In this document: piece by piece, positions 19,901 through 30,176 of the stretch
Layout: each line of letters starts with the position of its first letter
Numbering within the stretch: position 1 is the first letter of the stretch
Source of the DNA: Epithemia pelagica
Lineage: Eukaryota > Protista > Bacillariophyta
DNA: 64,000 nucleotides
Reading direction: 5' to 3'
Assembly (NCBI GenBank): GCA_946965045.2
Contig: OX337237.1
Location: forward strand, 3,038,001-3,102,000
Notes under the pieces: generated by a model
Seen by the model: only the letters and a program-made list of their open reading frames with translations
Databases searched by the model: none
What the model was told of the DNA's origin: nothing
Position numbers and translations under genes: made by a program

Positions 19901-20751
19901 GCATCTGGATCATCTCTATATTTCTCCACTGTTTTCCTAAATACTTCTCCGTCTTGTATATTTTGGATGTGCTTGTTTGGAACATATGGACGATACGGAT
20001 TGTCATCATCGAGGATCGTATTTTCTTTCTTGGTTGCATCGGGATCTTGTTATACACGCTGTAGTTGACTGATCAAATCAAATACTGGTGTTGTTATCGA
20101 TTTCTCACTCTCTGGTACAACCACACCCTGTTTTTGGGTGAATTCCATTGGTACCGGGAAAAATTTGGCCTTGGGGTAATTGAAACCTTTGGTAGAAAAC
20201 TTATCGATGAACGTTTTCCTCTTTGAATGGTTGTCCAGGAAGAACCCAGGACCGCATCTTGAGTATGTGTCACTCGACCATGCCAGGATCGAATTGTACA
20301 AATATTTGGGGCAACCAGCTTTCCGAAGTAACATCATAAGTGAGACCAAGGCTGCATCGTGTTTATGAAGTTTCAATTGCTTCCCATCTCTATCGAGGAA
20401 AGCAGGAAAATCAACCGGGCACTCCTTAATATTATCTGTATCACCAGGTACATAGTATGCTTTTGGTGGGTCAGCATGCGGAATAGTGGTGTCATCGTCC
20501 ATGATATCAATATTCATCGGACCAGCATTCATATTACTGGCACAATCATCGTCGTCATCGCCAACATTTGGCCATTTCCCTTGGGTGTTCATTTTCAATT
20601 CACAAACTGTTTCGTGACGGCTGATTCCTCTTGCATCGAAACGTGATTGACAGAAACGACACACTTGAAAGGATATGAAGGACTCCTCTTGTTGGCTTGT
20701 ATTTGAGCATCTCTTTCGCGACTTCTTTTTTACTTTACAACGCTGGCCCAT
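16909..20751 (-). CDS. Plavaka/CACTA-like DDE transposase, ~1280 codons, with one in-frame TAA (20050-20052)
   Basis: ORFs 20751-20050 and 19929-16909 are in frame, and the gap reads QLQRV*QDPDATKKENTILDDDNPYRPY...DGEVFRKTVEKY. N-terminal CRFC..HETVC zinc finger; motifs VCYMDK, VKGDGKSQD, CDVLHTLKSG, PKFHNLIH..FGPAQLLDVESEESNHK resemble Plavaka/CMC transposases. Confidence 0.82.
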
Positions 20752-21325
20752 GATGGTACGATGCTGGTGGTTTTAGATTTTGGTTTGGAATGAAAAATGC
20801 TCTATAATCGATTTCTGCAAATTGAGACATCGGTGGTCAATCTTGTGGCATATATCAGAATTTCTCCGCATTGGGTGGATCGGCCGACGTTGGTGCATAA
20901 AAGCGACTGAAAATCATTTATGTACATGAACGGATCATAATATTTTCAAACGGTCGTGTGTATTTACTTAATCCAATCCAGCCTGCCGGGTTAGATACCA
21001 ACGGTGATAGCAGCGATTGGAATTCAAACACCGTGTCAATGCCGAGGATACCGACGCTGTCGACATTCGAAAGGAAATGACAATCATTCAAACCCATGCA
21101 CCAATGTTCCATCTGACAAGTATGATGTACTTGAAACCACCTATGGTCGTCTTCATACGTTCTCCAAAGGACCATCGTTCAAACATGGAGTTTATGATTC
21201 AAACATGAAGCATTCCAGCGTTTGAATTTGAATGGTTGTCTGGTTGATCAAATCAGAGGACTTGTTGTCGCCCTGCTCTTGTTCACATCCTTGTCATAAA
21301 TCAGACGGAGCATCCAAGATAAACG

Positions 21326-23319
21326 ATGGCAGGAGTCACCACCAGAAATGCAGCTCCAACGAGGCGTCGACCCTTAGCAGTCCGAAATGCAAACTATGGA
21401 AGTAATCAGAAAGAGGTTGAACGACAACGAAGAATCATCTTGGCAGCAGTGGCAACAAGAAATAAAGAGAATCTTCCTAACAAGGACGGGACAATTACAA
21501 ACAAAGATGCTCTTATTGCAGCAGCCAATGGAGGTTTAGTACTCCAAGAAGATAGTTCTGATGATGAGGAAGAAGAGGAACAGATCTCGATGAACAACGA
21601 TCAAGCACAAGCACAAGAAGGCACAACTGTGTAAGGGAGTGGTAATCTTTTGGAGCAGGCAACAAATTCAGAAAGAGATGGAGCCGATGTGACTTCAGCA
21701 GATGATAGCAATAATGAACAGGGTGGGCTGAGAACACAACCATCATCTGGTGTTGCGCAACCAACAAACACGGCAGTTAATAATATGGAGGAGGACAACG
21801 TCGGTGTAAATATTCTCACTGGACCTGAAATGCAACAAGCCTTGCAGAATATGAGCAATGGACCCAGTGAGTATGATGGAGATGATTTTGATCCTAATGA
21901 GAGACATTTTCCTGCTGGAGGACCTGTCAGTAAGTTGTTAGATGCACAAAATGGAGGAGGACAATTTGTCGGTGAGACGGCTCTAATGACGGGGGTGTTT
22001 GTGGGTTGAATGCATCAGGTGATACCTTTGCTAACGACGTTTCTTCCCTTTCGGATATGTTGTCATCGTCGTCATCTACTTTGCTAACAACAGGGCCTGA
22101 TCAGGCGATGGAAACTCTTCTACAAGACAATATTCAAAATCAGTTGGCACAGGAAACACAGACAACAACAGTACACCATAATCAATCATCTTGCCCGACA
22201 AGTACGATTGTAACATCCACTACACACAAAGGTTCTGTCGAAAAGGACAAGAATAAGAAGCAAAAGCCGAAGAAAAAGCCTGAGGTGGTATCGGAGAAGT
22301 TCTTTGATACATTTGTTCGGAAGGTGGCATGGCGTTATGTCAAGTATTTCTCCATGTCCGAAGATACTAAGGCAGATCCGAATGGTCTTTGGGGGAAGTA
22401 TGGCAAAACATATTTTACTGAGCACTATTTCAAAGGCAAAGGCATTACGGATGCAAAACAACAAGAGGAGTGGTGGATTGAACATTCACCTTATATGCTT
22501 GACAAGTTCCGAAGCAAACGATCAAATGTTCTGGCTTCCATGCGAAAAGCATTCATAAGTAAGTGTCAATCGAAGAGTGAATATGTTGGTTCATCACGTC
22601 GTCTTCTCACAAAGAGATGTGAGATAATTTGTTGCGGAATCTAGAACATGTGGGTCTTGATCTATGGCGTGACAGTAATTTCCAGCGGAGGTATCCATGC
22701 CTTTTGAACGACTGTGAAGACTTTGGGCCAATGCCTACCCTGGAAGAATTTCTGTTATTGAGAGGAGAGAAGTGTGACAACTATGCATTTTCATATCTCT
22801 TGCAATTGTTTGGTCCATGTGTCTATGGTGAGAATATGCATAAAACCGTGATTGATTTCAATTTTGGTGACCACACTGAGCAGCAGGGAAAGGAACATTG
22901 CGAAAAGGCCTTGAAGTTATTCACTTCAAGTGACGAGGCGTTCATATTGACCATCCTTGTGGATTGCTGGGATGTGTGGACTCACATGGGCAAGACCACT
23001 TTCAAGGCAAAACTATTTGAATTAAATCCAAGGTGGTACAATGAAAATGGTGTTGATCAAATGATTGATACATCCTCAGCAAGGTATCCTCGCTTCAAAT
23101 ATTCAGGCAGTTGGAACTCAAGTCGATGTATGAATGAGGATGGTATGGACTATTTTGAGGATATGGAGAGAGAAAATCGCTCGTGAAGACAGAGCAGGCG
23201 ACCGCGGTATCTGGTTCATGACGTTTCTCAATGGGCAATATCGCTCTCGAATGGGGTATGCAGATGATGATGCTGTGACAAGGCCTTCTAAAAGGCCGCG
23301 AAAACGGTCGTGGCAGTGA
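21326..23319 (+). pseudogene. Divergent accessory gene of the DNA transposon (TnpA-like position), spliced, with one stop and two frameshifts
   Basis: In-frame TAA 21632-21634; frame change near 21975; 86-bp phase-1 intron GTAAGT...CTAG (22559-22644) giving RKAFIKHVGLDLW; conserved-looking block FTSSDEAFILTILVDCWDVW...YSGSW; +1 shift in GAGAGA near 23167 would extend it to 23319. Confidence 0.6.
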
Positions 23320-23526
23320 TTGATCAGAGTGAAAATTGGTTTCATTTCATATACTACTCCTATATAGCTACATGTATTGTGTTCCATTCATTGGCTGGTT
23401 GTTAGTGGGAGTGTGTGCATGGTGCTAGTTAAATGCACTGTGTTCAACTTGCTTGCACTTGATGCTGGAGTAATGCGCATGATGGTGATGTGACACAATC
23501 AAGGATGAGTGCATACATAGGAGGGT

Positions 23527-23775
23527 ATGTGATGACTGTTGGTTCTTGACTGTGCATGAAGGTGGACGATTGTGATGACTGTTGGTTCTTGACTGCGCAT
23601 GAAGGTGGAGGGATGTGATGACTATTGGTTCTTGACTGTGCATGGTGTTGAAGTTGGTGAAATGTGGGTCATGCGCTTGCTGGTTCTGGAAAGCACATTT
23701 TTAGTAATAACGTGAGGAAGGGGTATGCGCATGTTCTTGTAGGTGTGCGCGTGTTCTTGTAGGTGTGCGCGTGTC
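23527..23775 (+). repeat. Right subterminal repeats: ~44-bp unit x3 (23527-23644) and 20-bp unit x2+ (23733-23775)
   Basis: GATGACT(G/A)TTGGTTCTTGACTG(T/C)GCATG three times; GTTCTTGTAGGTGTGCGCGT twice. Confidence 0.88.
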
Positions 23776-23855
23776 CTGCGCGCGGATGATTCTAGTAGGA
23801 TGCGCTTAGGGGTGCTTTCTTATCGATAATTAAACCGCCATAAACTGGCGTACCG

Positions 23856-23870
23856 TTCCTTCCTTAGATG
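23856..23870 (-). repeat. Right terminal inverted repeat (15 bp)
   Basis: TTCCTTCCTTAGATG, followed by the AA TSD. Confidence 0.92.
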
Positions 23871-26800
23871 AAGTGTCACGTCCCAGTGTGTTCGGCATGC
23901 AATTTTGCCAAAGCAACGAAGCGAGCATGGCGCACAAGGTCGTCGAAAGACTGGTCGAACAAGGCACCTCCAAGCAAACCAGGCATGGTTGTGTCGGTCG
24001 ACCAGTTGGTATCACCCACTCCAGGACTCGTGGCACAGATGGCAGGGTTCATCACGAAACAGCGCTACAAATACGCTACCGTGTATGTGGACCAAGCGAC
24101 GTCACTGGGTTTCGATTTCCTACAGAAGACTTCAACCGTTGAAGAAACACTGCAAGGCAAGCGAGCTTTTGAGCGCTATGCCATCAACAGAGGGGTGACA
24201 GTGCGTGCCTACCACGCCGATAACGGAATCTTCAAGGCGCATGGGTGGGTGAAGGCATGTCACGACCAAGGACAAGACCTCACGTTCGCAGCTGTTGGCG
24301 CCCACCATTCCAATGGAAAGGCGGAGCGCAGAATAAGGGAATTGCAAGGGATGGCGCGCACGATGCTTCTGCACGCGAACAAGCGATGGCCACAGGCAAT
24401 CACAGCCAACTTGTGGCCCTACGCCGTGCGCCACGCAAACGACTGCATCAACGCGTCCCCAAATATGCAACACGAAACGAAGCAATCGCCAATCCAACTG
24501 TTCTCCCAGACAGCCATTAACACGAACAAAAAGCACTGGAGGCCCTTTGGATGCCCAGTATACGTGCTGGATGAACGACTGCAAGGAAACAAACCACACA
24601 ATAAGTGGGAGAATCCAGCCAGGGTGGGAATTTATTTGGGCCAGTCACCAATCCACAACAGGAATGTGGCATTGGTACTCAACCGACACACTGGACACGT
24701 GAGTCCACAATTCCACGTACGATTCGACCGCAGTTTCCACACCCTCCAACAGGAGCAACTGACGGCAACGTGGCAAGTCAGCACATTCTTCGCTGATACC
24801 AAACGAACCGGACAACCGCAGAGGAGCCAGAAAGGAAAACGACGGAGGAGGCAAAAGGGGCAAGAGGGAGCCCCACAACACACTCCAACTGGCACTCCAC
24901 CGGAAGACTGGCAACAACAAATGCCAAACAACACATGGCCGGATGAAGCACCCATCCACAATTCAAACACGAGTCCATCAGGTGGGACGCCACCACAATA
25001 AGCACAACATGGACCAACCATGGATCGAACGCCTCCACAGGATTCAGAGGGAGCACAAGGCCAGAGGGAGCGGCAACTCCCACAACAACAAACAACCAAC
25101 CACATTCGGACACGATCAGGTCGACTACGAAAACCGACACAGCGCCTTATCGAGGTGATGTCATCGGAAATCGAGGACGAGACGACTGTCCCAGGGGAGT
25201 TGTTTGCATTGTCAACCCTCGTGCCGCAAGACGACATGGATGACATGGGAAAGCCACTCATGGCGTACAAGGCAGCAATTTCCGACCCAGATACAATGTA
25301 TCACCACGAGGCTATGAAAGAGCCGGACAGGGCGGAATTTATAAAAGGGATGCAAAAGGAAATGGAAAGGCAAATGGAGGACGGAAATCTATCCATTGTA
25401 CGCCGAGACACGGTCCCAAAAGGCCAACGCATCTTCAAGGCAGTCTGGCAGATGCAAAGAAAAAGAGACATCCTGACACGTGACATCAAATCACACAAAG
25501 CACGTCTCAACTTCGATGGATCAAAGATGGAACAAGGAATCGACTACGACCAGACTTATGCCCCAGTGGCATCATGGGCGTCCATCAGACTGGTGTTGGC
25601 ACTGGTGTCCGCGTTCAATTGGCACACGCAACAAATCGACTATGTCCTCGCGTACCCACAAGCCCCAGTGGAAAGGGAAGTCTACATGGAGTTCCCTGTG
25701 GGATACGACTTGGACGAGGGAAAATCGAAAAAGGACTACGTACTCTCAAGCTCCATGCCAACCTGTACGGCCAAAAGCAGGCCGGTCGGGTATGGTACCA
25801 GCACCTTTCCAAAAGGTTGGTCAAACAGGTGGGCTTTACTAAGTCGTCAGTGGATGAATGTGTCTTCTACAGGGGGAGCGTAATCTACGTGCTCTATACA
25901 GATGACAGTATCATCGTTGGCCCAGACAAAGCCGAAATCGACAAAGCAATCAACGATATACGGGCAGCCAAGCTCAATATCACGGTTGAAGGCGACATAA
26001 AGGACTTTCTGGGAGTCAACATCCACAAACACGACAACGGGGAGATCACGTTCTCACAGCCACACCTCATTGACAAAGTTTTGAAAGGACTGCGCCTGGG
26101 TAAGGACGCTGTCACGAAAGATACACCAGCAGCCCCATCGAAGATCCTGCACCGACATCTTGAAAAACCCGCATTCGACAACAACTTCAATTACCGCTCC
26201 ATCGTGGGCATGATGAACTACATTGAGGCAGGGTCAAGAAGCGATATAGCCTATGCCACTCACCAGTGCGCAAGGTTCGCATCCAATCCACGTAAACCAC
26301 ACGGAGACGCGGTCAGGTGGATCGGGAGGTACCTACGGGCGACGAGGGATCAAGGCATGACATTCCGTCCCAACAAACAAGCGGGGCTGGAAGTGTGGGT
26401 TGATGCGGATTTCGCAGGCAATTGGAAACGGGAGGACGCATCGACTGACCGAGACACGGCCAGATCACGCCACGGATATATCATACGATATATGGGATGT
26501 CCCATAATCTGGAAATCCCAACTGCAAACGGAGATAGCTCTAAGCTCCACCGAGAGCGAGTACACCGGCCTCTCATATGCACTCCGTGCCGCGATTCCAA
26601 TCATGCGCCTCCTGGAGGAGATGCAACAGCAGGGCATCACGATCCACAACACAAAGGCGGAAGTCCACTGCAAAGTATTCGAGGACAACAGCGGGGCTCT
26701 GGAAATGGCCAAAGTGTACAAATTCAGGCCTCGCACGAAACACTTGAACGTAAAGCTCCATCATTTCAGAACATATGTGGAGGATGGGAGCGTGACGATT

Positions 26801-26899
26801 CATAAAGTTGCTACAGAGGACCAACTCGCTGATTACCTCACCAAACCATTACCACAGGACACACAACAACGTCTGCGTCAACGGGTCCTGGGATGGTAG
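23871..26899 (+). pseudogene. pol: Copia Pol, 3' part: integrase, reverse transcriptase, RNase H; in-frame TAA at 24999-25001 and +2 frameshift near 25744
   Basis: CHVPVCSAC; integrase D (SVDQL), D (ADNGIF), E (NGKAERRIRE); RT IDYDQTYAPV, LYGQKQAGRVW, LYTDD; RNase H DADFAG, ALSSTESEY, EDNSGA, ADYLTKPL. GTA CTC TC AAG carries an extra TC relative to YVLKLHANLYG. Confidence 0.92.
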
Positions 26900-26918
26900 T
26901 CACAAATGGGTGCGATTT

Positions 26919-26934
26919 GAAAAGTGAGAGGGAG
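26919..26934 (+). promoter_or_regulatory. Polypurine tract
   Basis: GAAAAGTGAGAGGGAG directly before the 3' LTR. Confidence 0.85.
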
Positions 26935-27158
26935 TGTTGGAAGTTCCCCGTTGCCGCCCGGTGCATTCGGAACCTGGGGGGAAACTCCACGTGCGTATGG
27001 ACACACGTCACCATACGACACTTCCCAACTGACGCCCCTACTGCGTCAGCACATACACACCCATAGCGTAACATGACCATACCCTTATAATTTACTCAAT
27101 CCCCTTTTACGAAACTAGTTGGCCCTTTTAATCGGCAGTGACCACGGTTAAAACAACA
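26935..27158 (+). repeat. 3' LTR (224 bp)
   Basis: Identical to 617-840 by eye; followed by GCAATA. Confidence 0.97.
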
Positions 27159-27204
27159 GCAATACGAATGGACGCCCGGTCACTCAACCATTCGCAGGCA
27201 AAGA

Positions 27205-29133
27205 ATGACAAACCATGGTAGTTCGGTAAACGACGAGCACACAAGCTGCCGAAACCACGACCCGAAAACCATGGCTTGTTCTTCTTCTTCTACACATGCC
27301 AGCAGCACAACAACAACAAGACGACGGCAGCAACGTTCGTCGCAACGAACCAGTCTCTTGGCCATGGCCATTTTGTTGGTCTCTTTGGGAAACGTCGCCT
27401 TTTTGTCTCGTCAAATTTTGGGTTTCTCTCAACTGTCAGCGGCATGGACCAGTGAGGAGGACCCGGCACACACCAAGGAGGCACAAACGGCCGAGGCCAC
27501 GGGATTTTTGCGGTTCAACCACAATCCCAACAACAATTACCACAACCAGTCGCATTCGTCTTTTGATGTGCTTGTCTCTCCTCCCGAATACGCGGGCAAA
27601 CCCCTTTTCCAGGACCGTGCCATGCACCGCCCTACAGCACCACCATCACCACCACTACCACCATTCGGTACCCATTCCTCCCCCCACACTAATGCAACCA
27701 CCACAACCACCATTACCTTGATTTGTTTGTTGGGCAAAGGCAACACGTATCACTTCTTTCACTTTCCGCATGCCCTGCAAGCACTGAGTCAATGTTGGAG
27801 TTTTTTTCAGACCCAACAAGACCAACGGATCCAGGCATCACTGGATCGCCAACAAGAACAACAACAAGAACAACAACAGTCCGAGAGCAATCACCACCAC
27901 CAGGAGGTTGGTTCGTCCCGCCTGGTTTCGCCGCCTCCCACGGTTGTGACGGAAATTCATACCAAAAACCTCGTGCCCTTGCAATCCATTCACAAGGATT
28001 GGCGTGCCGCCTTGGTGGCACTAATGAATTGTACCGTGGTATCCCATGCCAAGAATTTTCCAAAATTTCCAACAACGAAGAATGCTACCCATGAGCAGTA
28101 CGTCTATCGCCCCAGCCGTTTGGATGCCACGGATGGCTATCGATTTTTTTGGCAGCCTCGTCATGCCCATGAATTGCAACGTCGTCTCTCTCTGGTGGAA
28201 AACCAACAAGAACAACAACAAGAAGCACCCACCAGTCAACATCCTGATCGTCTGGAAACAGCAGCAACTCATCTCGAGACAGCAACTCATCTCGAGACGA
28301 GGCAAGGACACAGCTCATCGAGCAACACCAACACCACCAACAACGACGAACCGCCCATACTTCGCATTGGAATAGTGAACCGGTTCAAGACGCGACGCAT
28401 TCTGAACCTTGCCAAATTGGTACGAGCCATTCGACAGGAATTTCCTCGTGCAGTGGTGGACGCCGTCTACATGGAAGAGATGACACCGATGCAACAATTT
28501 GCCTGGTGGCATGGCCACTCCATCGTCCTTGCTGCGCACGGTGCCGCCACGACCAATCTTGTGTTTCTCCAGGCAGGCTCGGCCGTGCTGGAACTCTTTC
28601 CACCCCACTATTATTGGTGGGGATTTTGGAAATTGGCTCAAACCGTCCAGGTCCGATACTATGCCTATTTCCCCACATTGATCCCCAGCACTTCCACCAA
28701 TACTACTCGAACGCACACCAGCAGCCAGGACCCTTCCAGTAACAAAAACCACACACACTGGAAGAAGAAGCAACAGCAGGAACAAGCTATCGCTCTGTAC
28801 CAGGAATTTGTTCAAAATTGTCGCAGCTTTGAGATTCAAGCCAAGCATCAAAACGCGCGATTCTTGGAACTCTCCATTCCTCATGTACTGGTCCTTCTTC
28901 GACGGGCCGTGCAAGAGGGTACCGACCTGCAACGACATCGACAACAACGACAAGAAGAACTAGGCCACGATGGGACAGGGTCCTCCTTCTCGCCGGTGCG
29001 TCCTCAAATTGCGCGCCTGGAACCCAGTTGCAACCGTGGTCAAAAAGTCCATGTTGACCCTACGACGGTGGAACTGAATCTCGACGACGATCCACCCCAA
29101 TCTTGGTTGGACCAATACGGCTGGCTGCCATAG
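27205..29133 (+). CDS. GT61/DUF563-like glycosyltransferase, type II membrane
   Basis: N-terminal anchor (LLAMAILLVSLGNVAFLS), HFFHFPHALQ, LRIGIVNR..RRILN, QQFAWW...AHGAATTNLVFL...VLELFPPHYY. Confidence 0.8.
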   Translation: MTNHGSSVNDEHTSCRNHDPKTMACSSSSTHASSTTTTRRRQQRSSQRTSLLAMAILLVSLGNVAFLSRQILGFSQLSAAWTSEEDPAHTKEAQTAEATGFLRFNHNPNNNYHNQSHSSFDVLVSPPEYAGKPLFQDRAMHRPTAPPSPPLPPFGTHSSPHTNATTTTTITLICLLGKGNTYHFFHFPHALQALSQCWSFFQTQQDQRIQASLDRQQEQQQEQQQSESNHHHQEVGSSRLVSPPPTVVTEIHTKNLVPLQSIHKDWRAALVALMNCTVVSHAKNFPKFPTTKNATHEQYVYRPSRLDATDGYRFFWQPRHAHELQRRLSLVENQQEQQQEAPTSQHPDRLETAATHLETATHLETRQGHSSSSNTNTTNNDEPPILRIGIVNRFKTRRILNLAKLVRAIRQEFPRAVVDAVYMEEMTPMQQFAWWHGHSIVLAAHGAATTNLVFLQAGSAVLELFPPHYYWWGFWKLAQTVQVRYYAYFPTLIPSTSTNTTRTHTSSQDPSSNKNHTHWKKKQQQEQAIALYQEFVQNCRSFEIQAKHQNARFLELSIPHVLVLLRRAVQEGTDLQRHRQQRQEELGHDGTGSSFSPVRPQIARLEPSCNRGQKVHVDPTTVELNLDDDPPQSWLDQYGWLP

Positions 29134-30176
29134 CAGTGCTGCTCCTACTAGCAAACGCAATGCGGCTCGTTCCTCTAGTACGTAGATTCCTCTTGCCATG
29201 GCTCGCATCCTGGTGGTGGTGGTTTTAAAACAGTGTGGTCCCACAACGGCCACGGTACGGTCGAGGTTCCAAAGGACCATATACTGGCGATTCACAACAA
29301 CATGTGACTCGAACCACGAAGAATCCGAATGAATGCTGTGTGTGCATGGGAGAAACCCGTCATTGTCTCCTCAATGAGTGAGTGGGTTGCCATGCCGGAG
29401 GAGAATCGGTTCGGGGTCGTTTGGTGCGGAACGGACCGAGCACGAGACGGCACACAGGTTCGTTCCGGGCAAGAGTATGGTGCTTCGCTGGGGTACAGAT
29501 GAGGCTGCGCCACCCACCCGACACGGTTCCACACGACGGACCAACTACTAGGTAGACACGGTTGTTGTGGCGTTTGCGTCATTTCTAGCTATGTATTGTA
29601 GTATGGTAGAGTTTGACCGAGAGGGACACGATCCGAAGGAACTCGTGTGTGTCCTGCTTTCGTCTTTTCCAGTGTGGGTTGGATCGTTGTGGGTGTATGA
29701 TCCGTAGTAGTATTGGAGAGGAACACACTGTGGTGTGTGGGTCTGACAAAGAATGGGAATGGTTCCAGCCAATATCCGACCGCCCTGCGTACACGCCGTC
29801 CCAGTTCCGTACAGAACGTTGTGGGGCTATTGTCAAACATAGAACTGTGACAAGAAATCGTTGGATGGGCAGGCGGTACAAGTAGGACAAGCTGTTCCCT
29901 AAAAATCTTTTTAGGATTCGAAAACCAAAAAGACCAGGCCGCCACAAAGACCATGAGACGGACCGTGCTCGAATAGAGAGAGTGTGTGTTTCTTGTGTCG
30001 CTACTCCTTACTACACGAATCCACTACTACAAGAGAGGATTTCAGTATTTGGTTCCATTCGCGCTGTTGTCGTTCCTCCTCCTCATTCCAGACACGCACC
30101 ATTCGAGTTTGTCGAGTTGGACCAACACCACAGCCCCAACAACAACACCCAAACGAAACACAAAGCATAATACACC

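Larger units (their letters stand above)
3587..23870. mobile_element. 20,284-bp TIR DNA transposon (Plavaka/CACTA-like, CMC group) with multi-gene cargo including a TET/JBP dioxygenase
   Basis: Left end CATCTAAGGAGGGAA (3587-3601); right end reverse-complements to CATCTAAGGAAGGAA (23856-23870), 14/15 match. AA is duplicated at 3585-3586 and 23871-23872. Removing the insert and one AA restores CTG GCG AAG TGT CAC (L-A-K-C-H) in frame. Internal DDE transposase on the minus strand. Confidence 0.95.
617..27158 (+). mobile_element. Ty1/copia (CoDi-like) LTR retrotransposon, interrupted by a 20.3-kb nested DNA transposon; 6,256 bp when the insert and one TSD copy are removed
   Basis: Two 224-bp TG...CA LTRs, flanking 6-bp direct repeat GCAATA (611-616, 27159-27164), gag then PR-IN-RT-RH order, PPT before the 3' LTR. 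Confidence 0.97.

Noticed and set aside
16909-20751. KDZ (Kyakuja/Dileera/Zisupton) transposase, given the TET/JBP link
   Set aside because: I see no KDZ-type CxC clusters or motifs; the YMDK / GDGK / DVLH / PKFH...E..HK pattern and 2-bp TSD fit Plavaka/CMC better.
10226-25001. TAA reassigned to an amino acid (alternative genetic code)
   Set aside because: TAA ends intact host genes in the same window (SDR at 37503, PhyH-like at 45208) and appears only once per broken ORF.
617-27158. RIP-like CpA>TpA mutagenesis explaining the stops
   Set aside because: The LTRs and tandem repeats are essentially unmutated, there is no visible TpA excess, and at least the transposase stop is better explained as TTA>TAA.
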